In this document: one piece after another, positions 1 through 11,367 of the stretch
How the letters are laid out: every line of letters starts with the position of its first letter
Numbering within the stretch: position 1 is the stretch's first letter
From: Parasitella parasitica NRRL 2501
Taxonomy: Eukaryota; Fungi; Mucoromycota
Assembly: GCA_025201805.1 (NCBI GenBank)
Contig: MU619276.1
Coordinates: 64,558-128,557, forward strand
DNA length: 64,000 nt
Reading direction: 5' to 3'
Made by a program: the position numbers and the translations under genes
Notes under the pieces: model-generated
Databases searched by the model: none
The model's input: the letters and a program-made list of their open reading frames with translations, nothing else
Told to the model about the DNA's origin: nothing

Positions 1-45
<45 letters not shown>

Positions 46-80
46 CAAATCTCTTTGTTCTACGCTATATATATCACACA

Positions 81-2042
81 ATGAAAGTGCTGTCGCAGCT
101 GCTTGGAAGATACTCCAAAAACCACAAACCATTAATTCTGTTTCGTCTGCCTGACACGGACATGCTGTTCTACCGCCTAGCAGACATCGAGCCAATCTTC
201 AAACTGCCACCATTGTCATACAAAATGCCGACATTCAAAAACTGTTACCGTGATAACGAAGACACTTATTTAAACACCCAAGTGCTATCTGAAATTGCAG
301 GCCAATTCAACAGACATCTACTAGCTGAACTATGTAAATTAAAACCAAACGACTACAATGTGGGTTTGGCCGATGCCATTCTTCAGACACTGCCCGAATT
401 CAAAAGAGCTCCCAAAGAGGAGAATATCTGGGAGTCTGTCCAACTGCCTCTGGAGAACTTGGAGGATGTCATTGAGCGAGAGGTAAAGACAGAGCCATCC
501 TCACCGCCCAGCGTGAACCAGGTTATTCCGGAAGCTAGAAACAGCGCCATGGCCTTGGACAAAGTCTTATTAAGCTCCAATGACCTTAGAAGAAGACAAA
601 GGTAAGCTGTTGCCGTGCTTGTTCAATGAGTCTTAATTAATCAGCCATTTAGTATCATGGACCTGGAGAAACCTGCAAAAAAGCAAAAGACTTTTAACGG
701 ACTCGACCGCGAACAAAGACCCCACTCATCGTCAGGTGTCACCACAGCAGCATCAGCTGCCGTTGCAGGCACGAAACAGATTCGAAAATTGCACTCGTAC
801 CCGCCTGCTATCCACGGAGACGCAGCACCGCAGCAGTATGACGACCCTCTGGTATCAAACAAAAAGAGGCTCTCCATCAAGCCCAAGAATGCTCTCAATC
901 TGACGATTTTTGCTCCCTCCTACAATGAGCAGTTGATGGGTGTTAGATCTGCACCAATTAACTCTAATTTCTTCAGATCAGCACAGCCACAACATCAATC
1001 GCAACAACAACAACAACAGCAGCAGCAGCAGCAGCAGCAACAACCCCACCTACATCATCAGCACCAGCACCAGCATCCGCACCTTCATCCTCATCCACAG
1101 CATAGACACGTTGTAGGTTCAAGCCTCGCGCCTGCCTCTGCTACTCTTGCAAGGCATCCCTTCCATCACCAACCATCGCCAAGAAGACACGAGTTTGCTA
1201 TTCCTCCCATCGTCCCCTCCCAGCAACAACCCCCGCACACAGCCCACCCGGCAAGCAGAGAAAACATGTCGTATCAGCACTATATCGCATCTCCATCGCT
1301 ATACGGTAGCCACCCTATTAGCAAACCTCACCCTCCGCCTCCACAATCATCCTCTTCCGCTGCCGCCGCGGCCGCTGCATATAGCAAGAGAAACCATGAA
1401 TCACAGCCTCAGATTGCAGTTACAGCTGCCAGCGTTCCCTTGCCGCCAAAGACGCCCACCACCAACTCGTTTGCAGCTCTCCAGCGCCAGCAATATTTGC
1501 AGCCTTTTGAGCATTTATTCGACACCATTGAAACAACCAGGACTCTGAAAACCACGCTTGATGATCAAATAAGAAGATCCTCGTCGCTTATGCAAACGCT
1601 GCAAGCATCCGCAACAACAATCGAGGGATTGGTAAGAAACCAAGTAAAGGAGGCCCAGTGGGAAATGATGACACAAATGGAGCAGACAATGGAAGGGCTT
1701 GTGCAGCGCATCGAGGCCATTGAGAACCGCCTTGATCGTGCTCACAGTGCCGGCAATAGCAGTAATGGGAATAGTACAAAGAGGCAGAAATTGCCAGAGC
1801 AAAACCCAGCGTCGCTTCCATCGCCTTTGCCCAGCGCTTCAAAGGAAGAGAGAGCAGCAGCAGAGGATTTAGTTGCGTTTTCAGAGAGGAGGAGAGAGAA
1901 CCGCCCATCATCTTCAGAAGACCTGCACACGCCGCCAACCATTGTTCGATCCCAAAACGACATTGGACCTCAAGAATACCACAATATGCTAAATACGTTG
2001 CGCGATCGACTTGATCGCCTAGAGAGGCAAATTGAAACTTAA
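81..2042 (+). CDS. Uncharacterised Q/H/P-rich protein with C-terminal coiled coils, probable nuclear regulator (2 exons: 81-601, 653-2042)
   Basis: ORFs 81..605 and 657..2042 join in frame through a 51-nt intron GTAAGC...TTTAG (602-652). It has polyQ/His tracts, a basic NLS-like segment (PAKKQK) and heptad segments (QQYLQPFEHLFDTIETTRTLKTTLDDQIRRS...; MLNTLRDRLDRLERQIE). Confidence 0.8.
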
Positions 2043-2655
2043 TGAAACGTATAAAATATGGATATCAATGAATAAACAATAAAGCATGCACATTAATTGT
2101 TGTTGCTTTTACACAGTAACACCAACTGTTGCAGTTGCCGTCGGTTTTGAATAACAATCTGCATGAAAAGCGAGGTATTCTACATATACCCCGTTTTACG
2201 AATTTCATCAGCAACATCACATATCCTTGCGCTGTTATATAGTAGTAGTATATCAGACCTCGGTAATACGTCAAATACAATTTGAGAAGGATATGTATAC
2301 AAACAATAAATCCTGTGTTCTCAGGTGATAACTTTAGACAACTATATTAACAGTGCAGTCAATGTAAACCTGGGAAAAGATGCGAGAACTCGAAGGGGAA
2401 GCGTAAACCACAAACTCAGCATGAATTCATAATGAGTCAAGGACTGTAGCAAAATGTATATTCATTCATTGCTCTATAGGACTGAATAAGAAAACTTGTG
2501 CATCAACAACCAGACTTTGATTCCTTGGCTAGTTGCTCATCAATTAGTAGCTGATAGTGAAAGTGCAGCTACCTTAAATTAGCTAAAGAAAGAAAAAAAA
2601 AAGTACTATCAAGACGATTTATTGCTGCTCTACTGACAGATATCACCACCAACAA

Positions 2656-5560
2656 ATGCCAGGCTGCTTATGTAGTAAAGGGCAGACACTGCATGTTTGC
2701 ACATTCTCCGATTTGAAAAAGATATGCTGGAGCCATTTGGGTCTGACACGCAGTGTAAACATCAGCGGCAATGACTATAAAAAGATTGGTATTCACTGTG
2801 TGAAATTTAAAAGTAAGTGCAGTTATCTTCGAACCAAGCACTGAAATCGATGCTGTCAAAATGAGTAATATCAGCACAATATAGCCATTCATAGCTGAAC
2901 ACTGCTCTGAAGATGGCTATAAAATGGAAGGATGTTATACAAAACTTTTCGACCGAGACACTACCAAGATTAAACAAGTGCCGATTGACATCTACGATGC
3001 TTAGGATTTTCTTGAGCATTTTCTATCGGCTGGTAGCTCATTTCCGGATCAAACTTTTCCAAAGACGACTGGGACTAAGTCTCTGAAGAACTGTACATTT
3101 AGGATTCTATCTTCTACTTGTACCGAGAGATATGTACTACTTGCAAATTGGAAGGTACGCAGTGCAGTTATGGCGGCACTCTTTAGACAGGTACTGGGAA
3201 TTATTGTAAATGAGAGCTTTCAAAGCACTAGCACTGGTTGTAAGAGAAGATTCTCTTCAGAATTGGTGCCTAAATAATACAGAGCATATTAATATACACA
3301 ATATCAAGGTACTACCAAGGGAAAGCAAAAGTGTTAGATTCATAAAGAACTCTGACGGCTTTAAGTTAACTATAAATAACGTCTACTGGTATGTGTATAC
3401 AACATTACAATAATATGATCCACAGTCTTTTATGAATGCGCATATTTATGTGACATTTTTGTCCATCATCAAAGAAAATAACAATACCTCAGCAAAGATA
3501 CTGGATCTACTACAGACTGGCATGTTAGAGTGCATCAGTTCTAAAGCGCTTGCTTGGCTTTGCATTACTTATGAAACGCACCGTATGCTATGTCGGAAAC
3601 ACATGTAGAAGACTAACTGGTAAACGATACGAACAATTAGTCGAATTCACCATGTAATTTACCATTTTTCAGGACAGAGAAATTATGGCTTGACATTATA
3701 TATAACTACATTCTTTACAAAGAATCAGTCTATGCTGCCAAGTTCAACTACTTTGCCACGCTACTAGGTAGCAATACGTTGGCAATGTTGGCTTCTTTTG
3801 ATGATGAAAGGCATATAATACGGAGAATTTTTAGTGGCTACGATGTGCCCACCAGTTTGATCAGCTACAAATCAAACGAAACAGTGGCTACTTGTCATGG
3901 CAGTTGTACTATTCTTGCAAATTCTCTAACAGCACTTTTAGACGATAAAATTTACGATGATTTGGATAAACTCTTGTTCCTTTGCATCATTTTGAATGCA
4001 AAATCTAGATCTGACGTTAGATCTATTCAAGCTCTAGGAGATGTCGTAGTTTATCTGAACGAGAAGGAGAACAGCAATGGTATGTAGACATATCCAACGC
4101 ACTCATTTAAAGAGGGTCGTGTAATATAATATATTTATTACCATAGAATTATTGCTATGGCGCATTCATAAACTATCTTATCTGCATATTGGTAAGCTAC
4201 CCATCTTGGCTTCAGAGGTTCGAGAAGAAATGCATTTGGTTGACCTTATAGAGAGTTACGTTTCGTATGAAAGAAATTTGGAGCCGTATTCAACTTTGGA
4301 GCAGATTAACAAGTTGCAAACCAAGACCAAAAGCAAACTATACAAAATTTACAGCTACTTGAATGCCGTCATGCACCTCGATTAAATGCTCAAATGGTTG
4401 ATAGGATTGCAGACATACTCGAAAATATGTAAGCAGAACAAGAGAGGGAATTATCAAAGATATGTCTTGTCCCTATTGACGCAGTTTACATTCATATTTT
4501 GGCCGAGCTAGTAACAAACATCCATGTGTGATGTACAAAGAGAGTAGCTCGTTATTGACATTGCAACAGATCAAGACAACGACAATATATTTCGCAAAGG
4601 TAACGTTGTATTAGAAGTTCTTGCCAACTACAATTGGAAAACTTTTGCAAAGAGAAGGTTTGCTTGGGTTTGCCTTTTGCATGGCGTGTATTATACTGCT
4701 TGTACAGTGGGTGTTCTGTTTGTTCAAGATGTGTTTGGCTACAGCTAAAACTGACAAGACTCCAAGATAATTCTGATTATGTATTCACTGTTGCCTTGAT
4801 GCTCTTTGTCGAAGCTATTTTCGTGGTTCGAGAGTTTCATCAGTTTATGAAATCAAAGAATTGGAGCTATGTGATGACACTCTACAACTACATTGACTGG
4901 TCTGCCTTTCTTATCCCAAATATAACACTGCTGCTACTAGTGACAAATAGCTCAAATTATGATATGGCAACAAGTGCAAGTATCTAGCAGTTCAAGGATA
5001 TATTAACCAGCGCCTATCCAGAACAACCTTGGAAGCATATGTACCTTGGTTTCGTGAGCACAAAGGATACTTTAGCTTTGAGTTACTGAGCAAGTGGTAA
5101 GTGTAAAATAAACAATATGAGCGCAAACATTTGCTGCAATTGTCTAGATTCAATGTCTGCATACACCTTTTCATCAATTAGGGCGTTACAATGGAAATTA
5201 TAATCCAAATGACCAAGTCGATTTTTACTGTCTTGGTGACTCTCTTGGCTGTAGTTTTCGCTTTTACGAATGCCTTTGTAATCTCATTAGCGCTCAGAAC
5301 CATCCAAAAAATACACTGTGAATGGCAGATGTAGGGATACCTATTGAGATTGGAATAAAACCAGTTGCCTTTTCCGGATTTCTTTAGCATTGAGATCTTA
5401 ACAAGTCAAGTGCTTAGTGCTCATACAAAAAGTATGCAGCAGCCTAGCGCCCGTTGAGCATATATTACTTTAGAAAATCCTTACATAATGCTAATTGCCG
5501 ATCCACATGACAGTAACTACAAGAACTGAAAAATTATGGGAATGTACAGTACGGTACCGT
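2656..5560 (+). pseudogene. Degenerate TRP-like cation channel gene (Mucoromycota type)
   Basis: Broken frames read KICLVP (~4460), IATDQDNDNIFRKGNVVLEVLANYNWKTFAKRRF plus a TM helix (4560-4745, then stop), VREFHQFMKSKNWSYVMTLYNYIDWSAFLIP (S2-S3 like) and LGVTMEIIIQMTKSIFTVLVTLLAVVFAFTNAFVISL (~5178-5290, S4-S5/S5 like). There are many stops and frameshifts. The boundaries are approximate. Confidence 0.65.
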
Positions 5561-5641
5561 CAGGAAAGCTTATTTGGACGTCACGAAAAAAATCGATGAG
5601 TAGTGTTTTCTTTATTCTTACATTTGGTTCTTGACAGGACA

Positions 5642-6037
5642 ACCAGACTTGGACTAGCATTTATTACAGGTGCTTATCGACGAACAGCAGGGTTTCATCG
5701 CGGGAACGTTTAGTAAGATGGAGCTCACCTGGTCTGCTTAATCCCTTGAGACTTGGACTCTTTCCCAGTATCGACCAAAGCCTGTCCAAATTTATTTGAA
5801 CCGCTGTCCATGGATTAATATTGTTGTCTTTCATCACAATCGCATTTGTAATAGACCAGACTCGGACTAGTATTTATCATAAATACTTATCGACGAACAG
5901 CAGGGTTTCATCGCGGGAACATTTAGTAAGATGGAGCTCGCCTGGTCTGCTTAATCCCTTGAGACTTGGACTCTTTCCCAGTATCGACCAAAGCCTGTTC
6001 AAATTTATTTGAACCGCTGTCCATGGATTAATATTGT
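5642..6037. repeat. Near-identical tandem duplication, period 213 bp (copies ~5642-5824 and ~5855-6037)
   Basis: ACCAGACT(T/C)GGACTAG...ATCGACGAACAGCAGGGTTTCATCGCGGGAAC...CCATGGATTAATATTGT occurs twice, with only scattered substitutions. Confidence 0.95.
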
Positions 6038-7129
6038 CTATTACAACTGTGATTCAAGATTCTTTTTATCAAGCGCATAGGAAGTATAATGCTGATTTTA
6101 AATTGTTTATATCATACACTAACTCCAGCTTCTTCTATTTACCCTTTTTAATTGATTGAGCCATGTTTTATACCCATGACGTTAGCCTCATCCAATCAGG
6201 AGATTGTTACCTTTGTGTTGCGGGAATCATCAAGTACATTCCCATTACATTTCGGAACACGTAATAGAATCATATACCAGGTGAACTCATTATTATAGAT
6301 TGTATCTTTTTAAACGTATTATATCTAATCAACATGAACACATGTGTGTATACAGTGTTGTAGAATATAACGGAAGAAATAGATACTCTTCTTTGTATTG
6401 ATTTGTATCTTGATAGCACAAGATTGATTCCATTCTTGTCGATTATACTATGGACAAGGATTGTTAGTTCATTCTCAAGATTAGAAGTTGGTAATTTATT
6501 GACAACTTGATTTAATATTTATCTGATAGTACAGCTGTGATGCTATGGAAAAATTGTGAGCACGGAACGCGTGAACTCGGACTTGCAGATCCAACAGCTC
6601 AGGCTTTACGCATTTCGGTCTCTGCCTTCTTACCTTCCTTGTTTGCTGTTTAAAGAATAGCTACCATCAGTAAGGGTAAGCACAAGACTTTTGCTTGGTT
6701 CAACCCGCCTATTTTATGGTGTAAACAAAATGTACCGAAGGTAGACAGCCATCCATCCTGCTCGCATGGTTTGCATCAACACTACTTGCAGAATGTTAAA
6801 GTCTCTGATTTGAAGGCCCATCACAATCCGTGAGTCTTACATTGCGGTTGAATCTTGGTACTCTTCAATTTACCTATTGGTATGTCTAGGAAGGTGTCGT
6901 GATCTGGCTTTCATACCACTATGTAGCCTTGGGTATAAGAATACCTATACAGTAATCTATAGTCTATACTCTATAAATGTTATAATAAATAATTTAACAA
7001 TCATCACCAACAATAAGTTTGTATCACAATATCTCATCAAGGAGATATTTGATATCTGTCAAATAATGCTGGCAGTGTGTGTATTGCAATCTCATGAACT
7101 GATAGTACGGAACAGTCGACTCACTTTTG

Positions 7130-8497
7130 GACAACCCACCAACTATGCTTACCACGGAACCAGTATCATCGATTATTTCATTAGTAAATTTGAAGCTCCA
7201 AATACATTCACCCAAACTACAGGATATACTACACCTCAAAGCATGCAATGGAATCTACATAAACTACGGAAGCCTGGTCCCTTACAGGAATACCGTTCAG
7301 TTTTCAAACAACATCACTTGGAATCGGCCCTGCCAACTGATTCTGCTTCCCTTCAATTTGCCAGTCCATCTGAGGCCCACTGTTATATTGAACAATTCTC
7401 TACTTCTTTATGCGAGTTGCTGTATGACACCCTCGACTATGTTTGTGGACAACAAACCCCTTTGGAGAGTGCAACGTATATCAAGGACTTTTGGACACCA
7501 ACCATGAAACCAGCATTTGACCGCAAGGAAGCCTACTACAAAAAATGGAGGAAAGCCAACGGCTTACATTGTTTGACCTATTCGCTGAAACATCAGGAAG
7601 CAGTTGCAACTTTTCGTAGATTGATTGAAAAACGCAAACGAGAGACATGACGACAGTTTTGTGATCAAATGTCAAAAGGCAATTACAATAAATCAATCGC
7701 TAGATTCAGTGGAATCAGTCAGAAAGAATAGAACTATCAAACCCACGTTTGCATATCTTGATCCCAATCAAAGTTTAGCAGATACAATGGCATCACATCT
7801 AGAAACTATATATTCCGGCCATCTCTTGACGGATGTTTCCAGAATGAATTCCTTTCATGCTTCTACGATACCACCATACCAGCTACACACTTATTCTTTT
7901 GAACCTGATGATGTTATAGACAACCTTCGACTCCTACCAAAAAACAAAGCGCCTGGTGTCGACCATGTCCAGGTGGAAATGATAGTCCCTATTACTGATC
8001 TGATTGCTCCAACAATTCTGCTTTTATTCAAATTATGCTACCGCTGGTCTTACACCCCAACATCATGGCGAGTGGCACAAGTGATACCAATACATAAAAA
8101 AGGTTCTGCCTCTGATCCTAGTAACTTTCGCCCAATCAGCCTAACTTCAACCTTTAAAAAACTATTCGAAAAATGTATCTACTGCCAATTTACCAGCACC
8201 GGCCCTTTCTTAGATATTGCTCAGGATACTTTTCGGGAATGCCGCAGCTCCCTTGATCAAGCTCTCTGTCTTACTGAACTCTGTACCATTCTACGTCGCT
8301 ATCATAATTGTTACCCAACCTTGGCTTTTCTTGATACCGTATCAAATCAGCCTATGACAAAGTCGATCGTTCTTTATATTTGGAGGAAACTGCAACCTTA
8401 CATATCACCTGTCCTAGTTGGTATTCTGCAAAACCTGTCTGATGAAGTCCAAATTGAAGTGTTATTGAGCAATACGGTCTCTTGGCGATCTGACTAG
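7130..8497 (+). mobile_element. Truncated, frameshifted non-LTR retrotransposon (LINE): end of APE endonuclease, linker and N-terminal part of reverse transcriptase
   Basis: GTSIIDYFIS (endonuclease C-terminal motif); KAPGVDHV, WRVAQVIPIHKKGSASDPSNFRPISLTSTFKKLFEK, QDTFRECRSSLDQ and LAFLD (RT domains 0-3). There is a frameshift near 7640, and the sequence ends before the YADD motif. Confidence 0.9.
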
Positions 8498-8963
8498 GGC
8501 AATGCAGCAGATGAAAAATGCTATGTGCCCAAAGTCAATTTTAATTATTTTTCATTCAATAAAATAGAATTCCTCTTTAACCGTATGCAGAAGCAGAGAA
8601 AATCTTGAATAATAGTACTCCGTTCGGCTATATCAAGTTGCTCAGGATCAAACCGAATGTTAAATGGCGATAATACAGCAGAGGATAATCAATGTACACT
8701 GTTATCAGCTTTCTGCAAGAGACGTTGATCTATAAACAATGACTGAAAAAGCAGCAAACAAACATATACAAACCCCCACGAATGTGAAGAAAAAGCTTAA
8801 AAAGGAATCGTGGGTTCAGGAGGAGGACCAAATGTAACGTATATCTCTACTTGTTTAGTTGATTTTTTTCCTTTTCGTCTTTTCTTTTTTTTTTTATCTT
8901 TCTTTCTTTATTGTAGAAATCCTCTCTTTTCGTTTTCCTTCTTCCTTTTTCCCTTCACCACAC

Positions 8964-10217
8964 ATGCAAATAATGCAATGTCTAAGCAGCACAAAGCAAA
9001 AGCTGAAGCAGGTGGCAAACTGGACTAGTAAAAATAAGCGGATTGTGATCAATCTAGTGAAATATGGCATCGTCTCCGTGTTCCTAGTAGCCATATCTTT
9101 TTTCATGCTTTGTCGATTGGAGGTGAATGCTCATGTCTATCTTAGGAACTGGCTGTCGCCACCACAGCCGGTTGTGATCGAGCCACTATCAAAGTGCCTT
9201 AGCAACCTACCACCAGACAGCCCTTATTACCAAGGCAACCAAAAGTTTAGCGCCAATTTTGTTCCTGGTCTTCCTGTGTGGGAAGCACATACTTGTTATG
9301 ATTTTGCTTCGCTTTTCAAGCCTCAAAGATACCCTCATGATGGAGACCAAACATTCCACACCTACTGGTCTTCGAATCTAACTCGAGAATTTGAGGAAAA
9401 GCAAGTTGCCACTTTGCGCTCTTTCTCTGCTACTCAAAATACCAACCATTCATTGATCGTTTGGATCCCTGCCGAAGATGAAAGGCGCTTGATACAATCT
9501 GAAAATTGGAACTACCTGACTCGTTCTCAACAAAGGAGAGACCGTATTATGTATAAAGTTGTCCAGCCGCAAGTGCTTGTCAAGGATACGCCCATGGAAC
9601 CATTTGTTGAAACCTGGCAATCGCTCGTACATGATGGCAACGACGGGAAAGGGAGGGACGATTTGTTGAGAATGCTTGTGCTTTATCGTTACGGAGGCGT
9701 GTGGTTCGACATGGATACTTTGTTCGTTAGAGATTTAGCTCCACTTTTTGAACATGAATGGATTGCTCAAGGAAGTTGCTCAACGGGTATGTTTGGAAAC
9801 CCTTTCACGGGTGCGTTATTCCACTTTCATCAAAGCTCTCCTTACGTATGCGAAATCTTGGAGGGTGCTGCAGATCTATTCAAGGCTCGTGTACAAGTGG
9901 AAAAGGGACTTTCTGAGCCGCCTAAAAGGTACCTTGTTACAGGACCCGAGATCTTTGGATCGAAACTTTACTATCGGATTTATAGAAGAGTGTTGCACCA
10001 TGGCATCAAGCCTTGGTCTATATTGCCATGGTGCTTCACTGATCCATCTCAATGTAGACGATCAAATTCGCTGCCCAGCTTGTTTTCCAACGCTAATTTC
10101 GATGAGAAACGTGTCAGCCAAACATTTGCGTATCACTGGCGAGATCGTTGGTCAGCCACACCAGGCGCCATCTTTAAGTTTATAGACTCTTTACACAAGA
10201 AGCGAACCAAATGGTAA
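8964..10217 (+). CDS. Glycosyltransferase family 32 (DXD sugar-binding; OCH1/SUR1/A4GALT-like), type II membrane protein
   Basis: Single exon with an N-terminal TM (YGIVSVFLVAISFFML), the motif RDDLLRMLVLYRYGGVWFDMDTLFVRDL and C-terminal FAYHW. The first in-frame ATG is at 8964. Confidence 0.85.
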   Translation: MQIMQCLSSTKQKLKQVANWTSKNKRIVINLVKYGIVSVFLVAISFFMLCRLEVNAHVYLRNWLSPPQPVVIEPLSKCLSNLPPDSPYYQGNQKFSANFVPGLPVWEAHTCYDFASLFKPQRYPHDGDQTFHTYWSSNLTREFEEKQVATLRSFSATQNTNHSLIVWIPAEDERRLIQSENWNYLTRSQQRRDRIMYKVVQPQVLVKDTPMEPFVETWQSLVHDGNDGKGRDDLLRMLVLYRYGGVWFDMDTLFVRDLAPLFEHEWIAQGSCSTGMFGNPFTGALFHFHQSSPYVCEILEGAADLFKARVQVEKGLSEPPKRYLVTGPEIFGSKLYYRIYRRVLHHGIKPWSILPWCFTDPSQCRRSNSLPSLFSNANFDEKRVSQTFAYHWRDRWSATPGAIFKFIDSLHKKRTKW

Positions 10218-10828
10218 ACCGAACCGGGCTTAGGTTCACTGCCCCCCTTCCCCCTTTTTTTTATTTTATAATTTGTACATTATTATTACCATCTACTTTT
10301 TTTTCTTCTTTTTTTTATTTCTTCTATTCGTTAATATTTTATGTTCTAAACCGACAGCCCCAAAAAAGCCAAGTCGTTATATTTGAAACTACTCGAATAA
10401 TAAATCAAATCGCACAACACTATAAAAGTTGAATGACCGTATTTGGATGCCAAGCACAGAGTTCTATTGGCTGATTTTGCATGTGCTAAAAAAGTAAGAT
10501 CATTTGTTTAGCACTGGATATGTACTTCTTCCCAGAGACAGTAAGGTGGCGGACAAATTGGGCAAGGTATTGACAAAGACCAATAGCTTGAGGCCCTACA
10601 TCAAACAGAAATATACCCGCACTATATGCTCCCTCATCCCACCCACTGCCTGGTTAATAAGCAGTTTAATCTGGAGGTTTTAAAGTTTGTAGGTAAGAAT
10701 GGTAAGAAAACTATTATACAAAAGTAAAACGAATAATGGCATCCACATTGCAACGGGCATAATTATAAATTGCATAGGCATCTAAGCAGGTTTGTATGTT
10801 AATCAGATTTAGCATTTATGGATACACA

Positions 10829-10860
<32 letters not shown>

Positions 10861-11367
10861 GAAGATTTCACTGTGGATCCTACAGTCAATATAATTCTGA
10901 ACATGATACGTAATTGCTAGACATAATCAATTGCCATAATATTGCGATTCGTAGGGACAATATAATTATCTAAAGGTTGTGAAAATGTTCATTTGAAAAT
11001 ATATACGTATTAGAACATGCATATGATGTATAGGCAAAAATCAGATCACCAAACTGAACTATTTTCTTTGTTTATTTCTTGCTTTATATGCATAATCAAA
11101 CACACTTTCTGAACAAATGCTGTTGAACAGAGCTTTCTTATTTCCAACAATATTTACATGTCTACATAAATATTTACTATTCATCATAAACAGCATCAAC
11201 TTTTTCATTTTCATGGCATAACTATAGTTTTATTCAAGTAAGGTATAGGTTATTGTTCGTAAATTTGTAGCCATAGGAAAATAAGATGCATATTCAAAAA
11301 ATATAAGGGAGGGGGAGGAGTCAAGATACTGCTATGATTATACATGATGGCGATACTTATCAAAGTT

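Noticed and set aside
5642-6037. 213-bp repeats as LTR pair or CRISPR-like array
   Set aside because: There are only two adjacent copies, no TG...CA ends, no internal element and no repeat-spacer structure. The context is eukaryotic.
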